Assembly (NCBI GenBank): GCA_037379345.1
Contig: CM074513.1
Coordinates: forward strand, 49,083,195-49,147,194
DNA: 64,000 bases
Direction of reading: 5' to 3'
Origin: Perna viridis
Lineage: Eukaryota
The notes under the pieces were generated by a model. The model was not told the origin of the DNA. It saw only the letters and a program-made list of their open reading frames with translations, and made no database searches. Position numbers and translations under genes: made by a program. Of the stretch, positions 1 through 11,875 are shown one piece after another. The first letter of the stretch is position 1. Each line of letters starts with the position of its first letter.

Positions 1-199
1 GCTGCTCTCTGACTCAGTAAAAGTATCTTACCATGCAACATAGGCTGCACTCAGATTTGGTAAAAGTTTCTTATCATGCAACATAGGTTGCACTCTGATT
101 CAGGAATAGTATCTTACCATGCAACATGGCTTGCTCTCTGACTCAGTAAATATATCTTACCATGCAACATAGGCTGCCCTCTGACTCAGTAAAAGTATC
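1..199 (-). repeat. 43-bp tandem array derived from INPP5F exon 3' end plus splice donor
   Basis: Plus-strand unit gctgc(t/c)ctctgactcagtaaaagtatcttaccatgcaacatag, about 4.6 copies. The rightmost copy is the real exon end, and the array probably continues off the window edge. Confidence 0.9.
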
Positions 200-232
200 A
201 TGTCCATTTCCTGTCTGTCTGGATCTCCAGTA
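161..232 (-). CDS. INPP5F: INPP5F/SAC2-like exon (hSac2 domain); gene continues beyond window start
   Basis: 72 bp encoding (S)TGDPDRQEMDMILLLSQRAAYVA(W/C), similar to the SAC2 D.D.LLLLS...YVA segment. CAG acceptor and GTAAGA donor at 160. Confidence 0.88.
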
Positions 233-1144
233 CTGAAACAAAGTCATCAACATTATTTACTTACACTATCAATAGTAAATAGATCGTAGTCAAATTATAA
301 TCTACTTTCAAAGTTTTTGTAACAGTTGACTGTGACAAATGTGTAAAAAAAATCATATGCTGGTTAGTTTATCAGAATTATATAATACAAAATATTGATT
401 TTGAGTAAGTAAAATCTACATTGTCATATGGGATTCCTACTATTTTTTGCATCATATGGCAGAAGTCTTGGACAGACAATATCAGGGAGTTAAAACAAAC
501 AAATAGTAAGAAGGGTACTAATTAAACAAATTCTTTTATTTCAATTACTAAATTTGCTTGTTGCGTTTAAAATCACGTACAAACAGTTAAAGGCAAAGGG
601 GCATAGAACATGTAATGCTATCTATACAACATGGGTAGCAAATATCTTATATGTGATGCATATAATTTCAATTCTTTAGCTGAAATCTTCAAATCTTTGA
701 AAGTGTATAACCCTATTTAACAAGATTGAACATTGCTTAATGTCCTACAGCAAATATTTCATGCATTTCAGGTCAAGAACATTTGATAAATCAAACAGTC
801 CCTGATTTGTTCAGGTACTAGACTGACAAACTGAGCCAAATTTTTACTGCACTAGCTCACAGAAGCAACAGTTTTTTAGCAGGCATGACACCATAGTAAG
901 ACACATTATTCTGACTACAAGCAAACTAGTGAGCATTACCTCTCCTACATACCCATGATACCATATCAAAAGTGGAGATGCAGAGACTACCAATTTTAAA
1001 TCTTTGGTGGGACATGGTCAGGGATAGAACCAATGACAGTGAGCATGCTTCCCAGCAATTACTATATAAACAAAATTACAAAGGATCAGCACCTATAAGA
1101 CTCCAATATATAAAAGTGCACACCCCTATTTAACAAAAACTTAC

Positions 1145-1375
1145 GAAGGATCAGCATCTATAAGACTCCACCCACCAAGGCATTGTTCAGGTTCTACTAT
1201 CAACATCTTTTTACAATCCTCTACTAACATCTTCAGATTTTCCTCTTTCTCTACAAGATCTGAGTTATCTTCTTCTATCTTGCTAGTCCCTGTCAGTAAA
1301 TCCTCGGCCACTGGTTGGCCTAAAGTCAAGTCAATTGCTGCCTGACGATAGTTGTCTTTAAATCTCAGGTAATAT
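1145..1375 (-). CDS. INPP5F: INPP5F/SAC2-like exon (end of SAC domain, start of hSac2 region)
   Basis: 231 bp encoding (R)YYLRFKDNYRQAAIDLTLGQPVAEDLL...EQCLGGWSLIDADP(S). The GGW.LID.DPS motif is typical of SAC2 rather than SAC1 or synaptojanin. Uses an AAG acceptor and GTAAGT donor. Confidence 0.92.
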
Positions 1376-1414
1376 CTTCAAGTAAAATAGACGTAATAAC
1401 AATGTTAGAAAATC

Positions 1415-1993
1415 AACAAGGAAGGAAATAATAAGGATACTAATCCTCTTTGAAGGAACCCCTACAACTCTACTAAAGTTTCTAAAAAAGGGGTATTGTT
1501 CCACATTTGGATGAGCTCACTTTTTAAATAAAACTTAACAAGATTGCTACATGTAGCCATATGTTTCCTGTTGCCACAAAAAAAAAAGTTAAAGCACAAA
1601 TGCCCCATAACTCCTGTAGAATTAGTAGAATCAAAATCACATTCCAATATGATTAATACACAACATGACTAACGATCCTGTAAAATTTGAACAAAATCCA
1701 TACCGCAGTCTCCAAGGAGTTGCATCCCCAAAGTTTTCCTATAGTGTAACATGTAAAAATTCAACAAATTCCCATAACTCCTATAAAATTTGTTGAATCA
1801 AAATGTCTGTGCAATATGATCAACTCGTATAGTGAATAATAATTCAAAAAATTTGAACAAAATCTGTCGAGCAGTTTTCAGGGAGTTGCGTCCACAAAAC
1901 TTCAAGCTTGAAAGATGGATGGAGGCAGGCAAGGATGCAGGGACAGATACCAGTATTTCTATTTCCACTTCTGTGTTGGGGCAGGGGACAAAA
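1415..1993 (+). mobile_element. decayed Helentron-type non-autonomous element (HINE/pearl-like)
   Basis: aacaag start, internal repeats about 170 bp apart (cccataactcct.ta.aatt...gaatcaaaat; ggagttgc.tcc.caaa), GGAT/GGCA-type microsatellite and a ggggacaaaaa end. Family assignment is from architecture only. Confidence 0.5.
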
Positions 1994-2097
1994 ATATGTA
2001 TGACCTGTTTTAGTCAGAAAATTTATTTTTTTTACAATTGTGGTTTAATAAAAAAGTAAGTACTTAAAGCAAAAGAAAGTGTTTATGTTGAAGATAC

Positions 2098-2168
2098 CTG
2101 TTGGCTGAATTAACACCATCTTTCATCATTCCTGATAATTTTCTCTCACCAGTTCTGGTATAGTCACC
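2098..2168 (-). CDS. INPP5F: INPP5F/SAC2-like exon
   Basis: 71 bp encoding GDYTRTGERKLSGMMKDGVNSAN(R). TAG acceptor and GT donor. Confidence 0.94.
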
Positions 2169-2330
2169 CTATAAGAGATGCAAGTCATTAAAGAATCAAG
2201 CAGAACCGAGACATCTACTATGCTCTACTCAGTGAACTTTTGCTAATAATGCTAAACTTAAGATGAATTCAATTTGGTGTATTAGTTATGAAATTGTTGT
2301 GATCGTTTTGAAAAAAAAACATTATGTATG

Positions 2331-2534
2331 TAACAAGGTGTTATTTGAGTGTGGAATTATTTTGGATTTAAGAAAATAAGTGAAATAATTACTTATATAA
2401 CTTACCCCCTACTAACCCTATCCCTTAGCAATGCTGGCAGGACTAACCCCCTTAGTAAGGGTTAGTTTTACAAATTTATTTTTGGTCATTTTCTTAATTC
2501 CAAAATGATTCCAAATTCAAACAATACCTTGTTA
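2331..2534. mobile_element. MITE-like element with about 45-bp imperfect terminal inverted repeats
   Basis: taacaaggtgttatttgagtgtggaattattttggatttaagaaaat ... attttcttaattccaaaatgattccaaattcaaacaataccttgtta. Confidence 0.7.
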
Positions 2535-2907
2535 TGCTATCAATTGTATAAATCATCAAAACTTACTCTCTCTTTAGCACTTTTTCTTCAATATTCAGCA
2601 TAAACAAGTAATTAGATATTTTTAGATAAAAGGGAATGCTTATAAAAACCTTACGCTTCACAGAAATTAGTAAGTGTAAAAATACTGTTAACATATTAAT
2701 TTTCACAGTGTATTATTTTCTGTATTTTGGTGGTGGACAAAAAAAGCATGAAAAATAGTAAAATGTACTTGTGAAATTGATTTTCAAAACTATTAAAGGA
2801 TATCATTGTTGATACTCGCAAATTTTAAACTTACTGTTTCGGTGAAAAGGACCACTGGTCTTTAGTAAAAACCATGTAGACCATTTACTTTGAGCTAGCA
2901 TTGAGAC

Positions 2908-3356
2908 CAGCATTTCCAGCTTTACAACAAATTATGTGCTGACAGCATCATTCTTGTCAACCTACCTTTTGGCAGGTGTTTCTAGATAAGCAGAGGACGC
3001 TTACCCTACCGGTGCACCTGGTCCATGCTCCCAGTTTTCAGTGGAGTCCGAGTTGCTCATTTGCTTTTGTTACTTTGTATGAATGATTTTAGTTGCTTTA
3101 TGTTCTTTGTTGTGTATGTCTCTTTTCCATGTCTGGTCTTTGTCCCTGGATTACATTCTTTTGATTACCGCTATAACCTTGGTTCCCTTGATTACTCTTT
3201 CAGAGAAGCAGTTCCAGCATACTACCTGCTGACAGCATCATTCTTGTCAACCTACCTTTAGAGAAGCAGTTCCAGCATACTTCCTGCGGACAGCACCATT
3301 CTCATCAACTTACCTTAAGGGCAGCAGTTCCAGCATACTGCCTGCTGATTGCATCA
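2908..3356 (-). repeat. about 58-bp tandem copies of INPP5F exon 3' end plus donor, interrupted by an insertion
   Basis: gcagttccagcatac..cctgctga..gcatca..ct..tcaac.tacctt occurs at about 3202-3310 (two copies) and in degraded form at 2908-2970. Confidence 0.85.
2971..3200 (+). mobile_element. short interspersed repeat (non-autonomous retroelement-like), family A
   Basis: Highly similar to 48887-49109 (+), 25373-25630 (-) and a fragment at about 59930-60080. Shared core gaggacgcttaccctaccggtgcacctggtcc...ggttcccttgattactcttt. Confidence 0.85.
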
Positions 3357-3442
3357 CCATTATTAGCCCAAAGCTGCTGGAATGTCCTCTTACAACTCAA
3401 AGGTAAATTCTCCTCTGGTGGCAAGAGGCCTAATTTTCTACA
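3314..3442 (-). CDS. INPP5F: INPP5F/SAC2-like exon
   Basis: 129 bp, phase 0/0, encoding CRKLGLLPPEENLPLSCKRTFQQLWANNGDAISRQYAGTAALK (SAC motif WA.NGD.IS.QYAGT.ALK). CAG acceptor and GTAAGT donor. Confidence 0.95.
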
Positions 3443-3922
3443 CTGGAATATTAATTAATATATTTTTTTAGAATAAGTTCACAAATAAAGGGACTAAACT
3501 TTGATAATCTTTGGTTTTGAATGCAACAAAAAAATTACTGTCAAAACAACAATACTAAATAGAATACTCCATAAGGCAAAGCTTGACATTACTGTAGAGA
3601 ACTATGACAAAAGATGTTGCCCCTTAACACAAATGTTTGGAAAATTCCCGACACAAATCTGAAATCAGTCAAAGCAGTTTCAGACCCTCTATTGACGTTG
3701 TACATCAAGTGGTAATAAATTGTTCCTGAGAAGAGTGTGACAAAATATATTGGCACTTTCTATCAATGTTTTGAAAAGGGGAAGTGAATGTGCTTAAGCC
3801 ATGAAATTGGAAAACTTGATATGGGACCACTGACCAAAGATACATATCAATTGTCAAGTAGCTGTCATTTGAGATATATGAAAATATATAATGAAGTATT
3901 TGTTCCAAACAAATGAACCAAA

Positions 3923-4077
3923 GAACACACAGACAGATGCATAAATGATGAACAGTATAGCCCTCCTCCTTCACTGTATGGATATTATTATAACAATGGA
4001 ACATAGAACACACAGACAGATGGATAAAAGATGAACAGTATAGCCCTGCTCCTTCGCTGTATGGATATTATAACAAT
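3923..4077. repeat. direct duplication, about 83-bp period
   Basis: gaacacacagacagatg.ataaa.gatgaacagtatagccct.ctccttc.ctgtatggatatta occurs twice. Confidence 0.85.
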
Positions 4078-5012
4078 ATAAGCCCAGCGTTATGTTAAAA
4101 GAACCTAAGGAATAGACCCTTTTGTCTATCTGCAAGTAGTCGATGGGCATGCATGACTTCCGCAAAGGAGGCTTGGGGTAGAATTTTCCTTGCAGATGTA
4201 TATATTTGGCATGCACAAGGACTACTTGGCAGTTAAAACAACAGGGTTTATTCAGTTACACAAGGACTACTCTGCAGTTAAGACAAAAAGGTCTATTCAT
4301 TTACTGTAATTTGACCATTTCTTGGTTGGAGTAAGTATTTGCTTAAGTGAAGAAAAACACTTTCATGGTGAAAATGATATACTTCAAGTTTAATAAAGGA
4401 CACAGGGGCACAGAAAAAATGAGAAAGGGCACTGTGCCCCATTTATTTAGGCTAGTATGTTTCCTGGTTTCCATTAAATATTTAAATATTTACAATGTCA
4501 AATTCATACATAAGTATCATAGAAATTATTGTAGAAATAACATGAGTGTCATTCTAAAAGATTTATTTTATTTGATATTATACTTTTACTTAAAGTATAC
4601 CATACATGTATGAAGAAATGGCACTACCAAAGATTCAAATAAGGGAATACCAATCAACAAAACAAGACTAGAAACACCAAAATAACAACAGCACAATACA
4701 AAAAATGTACCCAGGTTTTGGATGCTGACATTATGACCAACGTATTGAAATACTAAAACATGTAATATTGTTTATAAATCAACAGAAACCATGCATGTTA
4801 TAATATCAGTACATATTGCCATTGGTTAGTTTAAGTGTGAAAGATATTGGGAGTTAACAAATAAATCACCACCATATTTAAGTAAATATGGTGGTGATTA
4901 ATTTTTAAGTAAAGTTGTTGACCTGATTACGCTTTTAAAGCATAACATTATGTGTTAAATCAAGATGTAATAAATGTAATGATTTCTTATTAAAACATGT
5001 TAGATAAAAAAC

Positions 5013-5133
5013 CTGTGTTTCCATGACGATACGAGCAATAGCTGTTTGTACAACATTAGTTCTGTCAAGGCAGTCAACACAGTTAACTCTGAACACACCA
5101 TTCTGTTCACAGATAACACCTTTTCTATCCACC
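5013..5133 (-). CDS. INPP5F: INPP5F/SAC2-like catalytic exon (CX5R(T) motif)
   Basis: Encodes (W)VDRKGVICEQNGVFRVNCVDCLDRTNVVQTAIARIVMETQ, containing the SAC signature RxNCxDCLDRTNxxQ. Canonical splice sites. Confidence 0.96.
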
Positions 5134-5536
5134 CTGAAAATAACATCTCAATAAATAATACACAACCTTATATGTTCAAGAAAAATAAGAATTAAAACAC
5201 TCTAATATTACTTATTAATAAAACATTATCAAAACACAAAATATTTAAACAATTGTCAACTTGGTGTAGCCTTGTTGCAATAGAAGCTAGTTTTTTAAAT
5301 GTTTCATGATGGTATTTGTGGAAAGTAAGGAACATGACTTGACAAGATATCTGTGTACTACTCACTGAGTTGCCTTGCTTTTTCCTAAAATAATACTGCT
5401 GTCAAAGATAAACAGCAGTAGACAAGCTATGGATCTTAAATAAGACTAGTATGGTACCTGGACTACCCCTAGTTAACAAATATCAAGTGGCCAAATTGTG
5501 AGAAAATGTAATGACATAAATATCTGTCTTATCTGT

Positions 5537-5991
5537 CTTGGACAAGTGGATGGAATAATGTGGTTAAAACAGACCCTTTAGACCTAAGGTATAACTTCTC
5601 CTTGGACAAGTGGATGGAATAATGTGGTTAAAACAGACCCTTCAGACCCAAGGTATAACTTCTCCTTGGACAAGCTGATGGAAGAATGTGGTTAAAACAG
5701 ACCCTTCAGACCTAAGGTATAACTTCTCCTTGGACAAGCTGATGGAAGAATGTGGTTAAAACAGACCCTTTAGACCTAAGGTATAACTTCTCCTTGAACA
5801 AGCTGATGGAAGAATGTGGTTAAAACAGACCCTTTAGACCTAAGGTATAACTTCTCCTTGGACAAGCTGATGGAAGAATGTGGTTAAAACAGACCCTTTA
5901 GACCTAAGGTATAACTTCTCCTTGAACAAGCGGATGGAAGAATGTGGTTAAAACAGACCCTTCAGACCTAAGGTATAACTTCTCCTTGGAC
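5537..5991. repeat. 64-bp minisatellite, about 7 copies
   Basis: Near-identical unit cttggacaagctgatggaagaatgtggttaaaacagaccctt(t/c)agacctaaggtataacttctc. Confidence 0.95.
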
Positions 5992-6020
5992 CTTGGGTTT
6001 AACTTTTTAACATTAATTAC

Positions 6021-6098
6021 CATGTGTATTTCATATCTTTGATGATATCTTTAATGCCTTCTGTTAGAATGGAGACGTTTTCAAATTTCATCCCACGG
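6021..6098 (-). CDS. INPP5F: INPP5F/SAC2-like exon
   Basis: 78-bp AG/GT-bounded exon encoding (C)RGMKFENVSILTEGIKDIIKDMKYT(W). Phase 2/2 is consistent with both neighbours. Too short for the ORF track. Confidence 0.92.
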
Positions 6099-6218
6099 CT
6101 GAAAATATAAAATACATCATTCCAGTGGTATTTCTCAATGAAAACAGAAGCATAAGTGAGTTAAGTATAACAATAGTATTTTTTCGGACCCAAACAAAAT
6201 GTTATAAAGAATGATATT

Positions 6219-6349
6219 ACGGGGTCAGCTTCAGTCTGTCCTGTGGTGTGGGGGTTTCCTTGTTGTTCACTGAGGACCAATGTGTGGCCTTGGGCTGACA
6301 ATATCATCCAGATGGGGTTGTTTTCTCTTTGACATATTCCCCATACCTA
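6219..6349 (+). mobile_element. interspersed repeat matching the 3' end of the Penelope-like element at 57.7 kb
   Basis: Near-identical to the reverse complement of 57720-57848. Confidence 0.8.
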
Positions 6350-7783
6350 TTCTTGCTATATAATTTTTTTTTGAATATCCAAGTTCTTTCATGATCTACT
6401 TACAGAATAAGTGGTCTAAATTAAAAAACTTAAACAAAACAAAACTTGAACAAAATAAAAAAATGTTGCCATCCAATGCAAGGATAACAGGTCTTATTTC
6501 TAAATTAAAAGAGTGAATTGAAGGTCCTGAACCTGGTTATCCTTTTCACTTGTACATTGTAGAAAAGTCAAATTCAATAAAAATAACAACTTCTTTTAAA
6601 TGTACATGTACTTATTTAACTGAAACCATCTTTGACACACATAATGTTAATCTACATTTATACTTTATCTGTTTGATTTAAGCCTTTGGAATAGTAAATG
6701 GTAAAAAGTAATATTTTTGTTATAACAGAAAACAGGTAAATATCAATTTAAGCATTTTTGAGTACAATACTGGTCATACAAAAGAACAAACAAACAACAA
6801 AATATGCTGACGGTGAGCAAGCCTTTTAGGAGCTACATATTATTCACTATAAAATCTATGTATTAGTGTAGCATACATCTTAATTTTGGAATGCCATCTT
6901 ACACAGAAAATGTTTGGTTTTTTTTTGGAAGAAAAGCTTTTAAACCAAATGTAACTTTCAATTTATTAGCCTATAAAAATACAACAGGATCTAGATATCG
7001 GCATAAAAGTACAAAGTCTAAAAAATAAAGAATGATTTCACCAAAACACAACTTCCTACTCTCTAAATGAGATATTTCTATTTCACACAATTTTTATCAT
7101 AAATAATTTTAGTTTGAAACTGTCTTCACCACATACTAGTTATTTTTTTTTACATTTGACTTTTTAGGAAAGCTGGGATATTCCTTTCAGAATGTCCAGA
7201 AATGTCCTGGAATGTCCCATCAAGGCCATTAAACTTTGTTCATACACACTATATAATCTTATTGTCTACAATTAGAAGTCATTTATCATTTGATGATTTA
7301 ATAAGTAAAAATGCATAATTTAACAAGGAAACATAATGTAAGTCCATTTAAAATTATTTTAAGCATGACTTGGAATGCATACACAAGTAAAGAGTAGATA
7401 ATATTGACGTACTTCTAAAATGGCCAAATGTAATTATATATTAAAGATGAACAGAGAATTTATCTGTGTGATAACATACTTTAGTTCTTTTAATACAGAG
7501 TTATTAAAAAATCTCAAACAAATGCCTGAAACTACTATAACAAGAAGTTGCACTCTGTCATGCTAAGAAACCCCTATTCAACCTTTTCTGTCAAATCAAG
7601 TTGTATAGCAAACAAGCAAAGATCCTGAAGAGAGGAGACACAGACAAGTCAATATATAAAAGCTATATCGATATACCAAACAAGTATTGCCTCCAATAGA
7701 AGCTAAGAGTTACAGAAAAGTGTCTGACATAACCCACCACTAAATAGAGTGGGGATATAAAAACATGTTTGTATTATAGTTTT

Positions 7784-7914
7784 ATTGCATAAGATTTTCT
7801 TTATTGGCTTACTTATTGGTCTAAGGCTAGCCATATTGGACTGAGGCATAGCCAAAGTCCAATATGACTAGCCGAGGACTAATACCTCAGCTAATATGGA
7901 AAACCTTACGCAAT
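7784..7914. mobile_element. palindromic MITE-like element
   Basis: attgcataagattttc...gctagccatattggact / agtccaatatgactagc...gaaaaccttacgcaat. Confidence 0.65.
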
Positions 7915-9596
7915 TTTACCTTTACTGACTAACAAAGTAGTCGATTATGTCATATTGGCCTAGGCAAATATTGATCTAAACCAGGCCAAAATGATTGGCA
8001 AAAGCCGTATTGGATGGCTAAATACCATATTGGTGCACTTTTATATTTTGCATTATATTTTGTATTGGCAGTTTTGATCATATTTAGGCTTATATTTGCT
8101 CATTAGTCAATTAAGTATAGTATTAGTCCTGGAACCACCGTGCTTAGAGAAGGACCTTGTGGATACTGAATATGGTGTAGAGGACCCTATTTTACAGTAT
8201 TCATTATGTCTGTTCAAGGTGACCTTCTAGGAATTTTAAACAAAAATAATCTTAAGGACATGCATTAATCAATTAGTTTAACAGAATGAATTAGTGTATA
8301 TTTATAGACATTAAGCATGACAAAATCCATGGTGTCAAATTAGGAAATCTTTTTCATAGTCATGATTGATATATTTACAAGGATATAATATTTCACATGA
8401 AAAGTGAAGTAAATATATAAAGTTTGTTAGCCCACCACATACTAATTGTTCTCTTATAACCTGATGTACTATGATCATTTGATAAAATCAGAATATCATA
8501 TTGTTCCTGTTAACAATATGTATGGTTTACACCTTCAAGAAAACAAAGGTTATATACAAAAATGTTTCTACAAAAAGGGGTCACTCTATTCACATAAATT
8601 GGAGATAAATGGAATATCAACTATGTGTTTTCTATTTTACCAGAGTTGTCAATATTCAACTATATGCTGATACATTCAAGGTTAATTCCAAAAAGTTCAT
8701 TCACATGTAGGATTTGTAACTGAACGACTTTAATTAAGGCTCAATAGTATATAAGTACTCAGCTTATTTAAATACATGTGACAATAATACAACAAAGAGA
8801 TTAGAGAACTTTACACCAACTTCACAGGATTTGACATCACAACTTTCGATTAAATAGGATATTTTTTTTTTTAATAAAAAAATTATGATTGGAATAATAT
8901 AAAACTATTATTTCTTTTAACACATTCAACCCATATGTTGGAGTATCAAACTGACTGAAAGTTGTACGCCATGAGATTGGTATGAATGAATACCTATTAG
9001 CCAGTTCTCTGAAAAAAGAAGAAATGTATACCTGACAAGAAAGATAGAGATGTGATGGAATAAATCAACAAGCCTAGAAAAGCAAATGCTTGAAGATTGG
9101 TAATTGTGAGCAAAATGAAAATTTCATCAAATTTCCTTGAATGGGTCAGGAGGAGTTGCACTCATGAGGTTTTATCATGTCAAAAATATAAGTTTGATTA
9201 TCTCACTTTGGATTCCTCAGACAGTTGTTACATTTCTTCTACCTACATATAATGCCAAACCTTCCTATGAAATTTTATAGAAAGCCCTTGAGCAGTTTAG
9301 AAGTTGTTCTTCAGAGATTGGTCAAAGCCTTAAGCTTGATTATCTCCCTTTGGAATTCTCTGACATAAATACACATCTGCATTTAATACCCAACTTTCCT
9401 ATAAAATTTCATCAAAATTCCTTGAGTGTTTTATTTAGGAGGTGTTGCACTTACAAGGTTTTAACATGCAAAACCTGTAAGTTAGATGATATCCCTTAGG
9501 AATTATAAAAATAATATGCTTGTAATTTTTTTTGTGTGTTTAGATTAAAGATATTGTGTTATAAACTTTTTAGATGCAGCAACCACTTTCCTTACT

Positions 9597-10001
9597 GCAT
9601 TTTCTGGAGTCACTTCACAACATATATTATTAAACAGATAGTCAGTATAGTCATCAGAACATACTATACATTTTCTGGAGTCACTTTACAACATATATCA
9701 TTAAACAGATAGTCAGTGGTCATCAGAACATACTATATATTTTCAGGAGTCACTTTACAACATATATCATTAAACAGATAGTCAGTGGTCATCAGAACAT
9801 ACTATATATTTTCAGGAGTCACTTTACAACATATATCATTAAACAGATAGTCAGTAGTCATCAGAACATACTATATATTTTCAGGAGTCACTTTACAACA
9901 TATATCATTAAACAGATAGTTAGTAGTCATCAAAACATACTATATATTTTCTGGAGTCACTTTACAAAAGATAGTCAGTGGTCATCAGAACATACTATAT
10001 T
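9597..10001. repeat. about 69-bp minisatellite, about 6 copies
   Basis: Unit ttttc(t/a)ggagtcactttacaacatatatcattaaacagatagtcagt(g/a)gtcatcagaacatactatata. Confidence 0.95.
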
Positions 10002-10111
10002 ATTAAAAGTTATTCTCAAACACAAAATTTACTTCACCAAAACTCCTGGAAATTAAACAAGATGTAATTTGAGGTGAGTTATGGTCCAGTATATTACTGA
10101 GATATACTCAC

Positions 10112-10304
10112 CAGTACTCATGGAAATCGAATGTGATGTAAGTAATTTCTGGTGAGTTGTACTTGAGTACATTACTAAGATATGCATCACTTAAAGCTTT
10201 CTCTTTCCCTGTTAATTCAGCCAAGTTAACAGCTACAAAAGACTTGTATAGAGACAGTTGTTCTTTGACATGTCTTGTGAAGGCTTCATGGGTCTCTTTG
10301 GTAT
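10112..10304 (-). CDS. INPP5F: INPP5F/SAC2-like phosphoinositide phosphatase, most 5' exon visible (internal exon, SAC domain)
   Basis: CAG acceptor with AG at 10306-10305 and GTGAGT donor at 10111. Encodes (D)TKETHEAFTRHVKEQLSLYKSFVAVNLAELTGKEKALSDAYLSNVLKYNSPEITYITFDFHEY(C), matching the SAC-domain NL...G.EK...Y..FDFH pattern. Phase 2 joins the next exon to give FDFHEYCRGMKFEN. Confidence 0.93.
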
Positions 10305-11820
10305 CTGAAAAAAGGAATAACAACACCATATAACAAGAACAGAAGATTTACAGAATCCATTTAAATATCATTCCTTTTTATTGACAGAAAAAATTCAGCC
10401 AAACAAGTTGAGTAACAAAAAGGCTTCTGCATGAATAAAGGCCTTCAGGAGAAGAATAAAAAAAGGATGACACTGAGGAAGGAGGTCTATGCATGAAAAA
10501 GCATTAAGAAAAACTTCAATTACAATGACATCATTGACACTATCCTCTCTCTAAAGAATGTTGACTTAAAACATACATGCAAACATTTCAGTTGATACTC
10601 AAGGAGTTAAGTACCATTTAATTAGCCATTTTACTCCAGAAGGTTACTGTCTGTTACTTATGAGTTTCATTTCATTACTGGAATCATTTGAGAGGTGAAA
10701 GTCAGAATATCTGTTACAGAAGGAGGTTGTAAATGGACACCCCAAATAGGTCAATCAGGTTAATTCAAAGCATTAAGTTATATAATAGTAATTTAACAAT
10801 GATGGGAAACTTGAATTCATGATTGACCTTACAAAGATAATTTGGCATCACACTGGGGAAGAAAACAAACAATTTAATTAGTACCACACTTCCCAGGAAC
10901 AACACTGTTAATTCACAGAGTGATATAAATAAAGTGGCAGGGGTCAACATTTCATATATATTTACCATGTGACAAAGATTACTCTAACATGTCATCAAGA
11001 TTATGTAATATACTGTATAATGGAATTCTAAAACTCCAGGCCCCCAACATCCTTTGAACCCTGAAATCTGTAGTTTTCTTTGACTTACTTCCAATTTAGT
11101 AAGACTAAATACATTATAAATTATTTATCAGATGGCTAAGGTCCTATTGTAATTTTTTTAAAATTTAAATATTAAAATAATTGTTGCCTGTTTACCAAGC
11201 TATGATGTTAATATTGATTGTGTCCTGCTACATTATATATTTAGCTTTTTTTCAACTGATAATAAAGTTTTTTTTTTTCAAATATTTTTAATTTTTGTGT
11301 TTCAGACATGATTAAAATATAACCATGAGACAAGTTGTAATATTATGATATGATAACTGACTGTTATACATATCCATCTATTTCAGTTTAAAGACACACA
11401 ATCCCCTTTTATCATTCCTGGAAATTAAAATTGCAGATATCTGGAAAAATCTCAATCAATGATCGAATGGGAAGAGTTCAAGTAAATATCATGTGATCAA
11501 TAGTAGAATTTCCACCTTTATTTTTTAACACTGAAACAATCAAAGTAAAGGTGTAAAAACTGAGAACTAAACCTACTTGTTTCATGAAGGTGTGATCCTT
11601 TCTTATCTATTAATTTAATATTCTCTTTTTAGAGTTATCAGTCAGTTTGACAAATTAAATTAGACCTTTTGTCCAAAAAATACTTTGTTGTGATTAGTTG
11701 ATAATAGAACCCCTTCAGTGGGCCCCTAGGTAGGCTTGGTATGAGACCACAAATCAAGACAGCTAGATTATAATTTGGTTTCTTTAATATATGACAGGAC
11801 CTCTAGATGCCAAATTAATA

Positions 11821-11875
11821 ATGGAACATCTAGTTCAAGGACTTTTTGTGATCTTCACAATTTTTGCTGCAAATG
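11821..11875 (+). CDS. alpha-carbonic anhydrase exon 1 (signal peptide)
   Basis: ATG in a good context (ataATGG) giving MEHLVQGLFVIFTIFAAN, then a phase-1 GTAAGT donor. Splices in frame to give ...AANEA/SDWSY. An in-frame ATG at 11791 is an alternative start. Confidence 0.75.

Noticed and set aside
1376-1378. AAG acceptor and YYLRF (one residue shorter than vertebrate YYLNRF) as a sign of pseudogenisation
   Set aside because: AAG acceptors are uncommon but functional, and all seven exons splice in frame without stops.
5537-5991. Regular repeats resembling a CRISPR array (also 9597-10001 and 39722-39900)
   Set aside because: Units are head-to-tail with no unique spacers, there are no cas genes, and the context is a eukaryotic intron or intergenic region.
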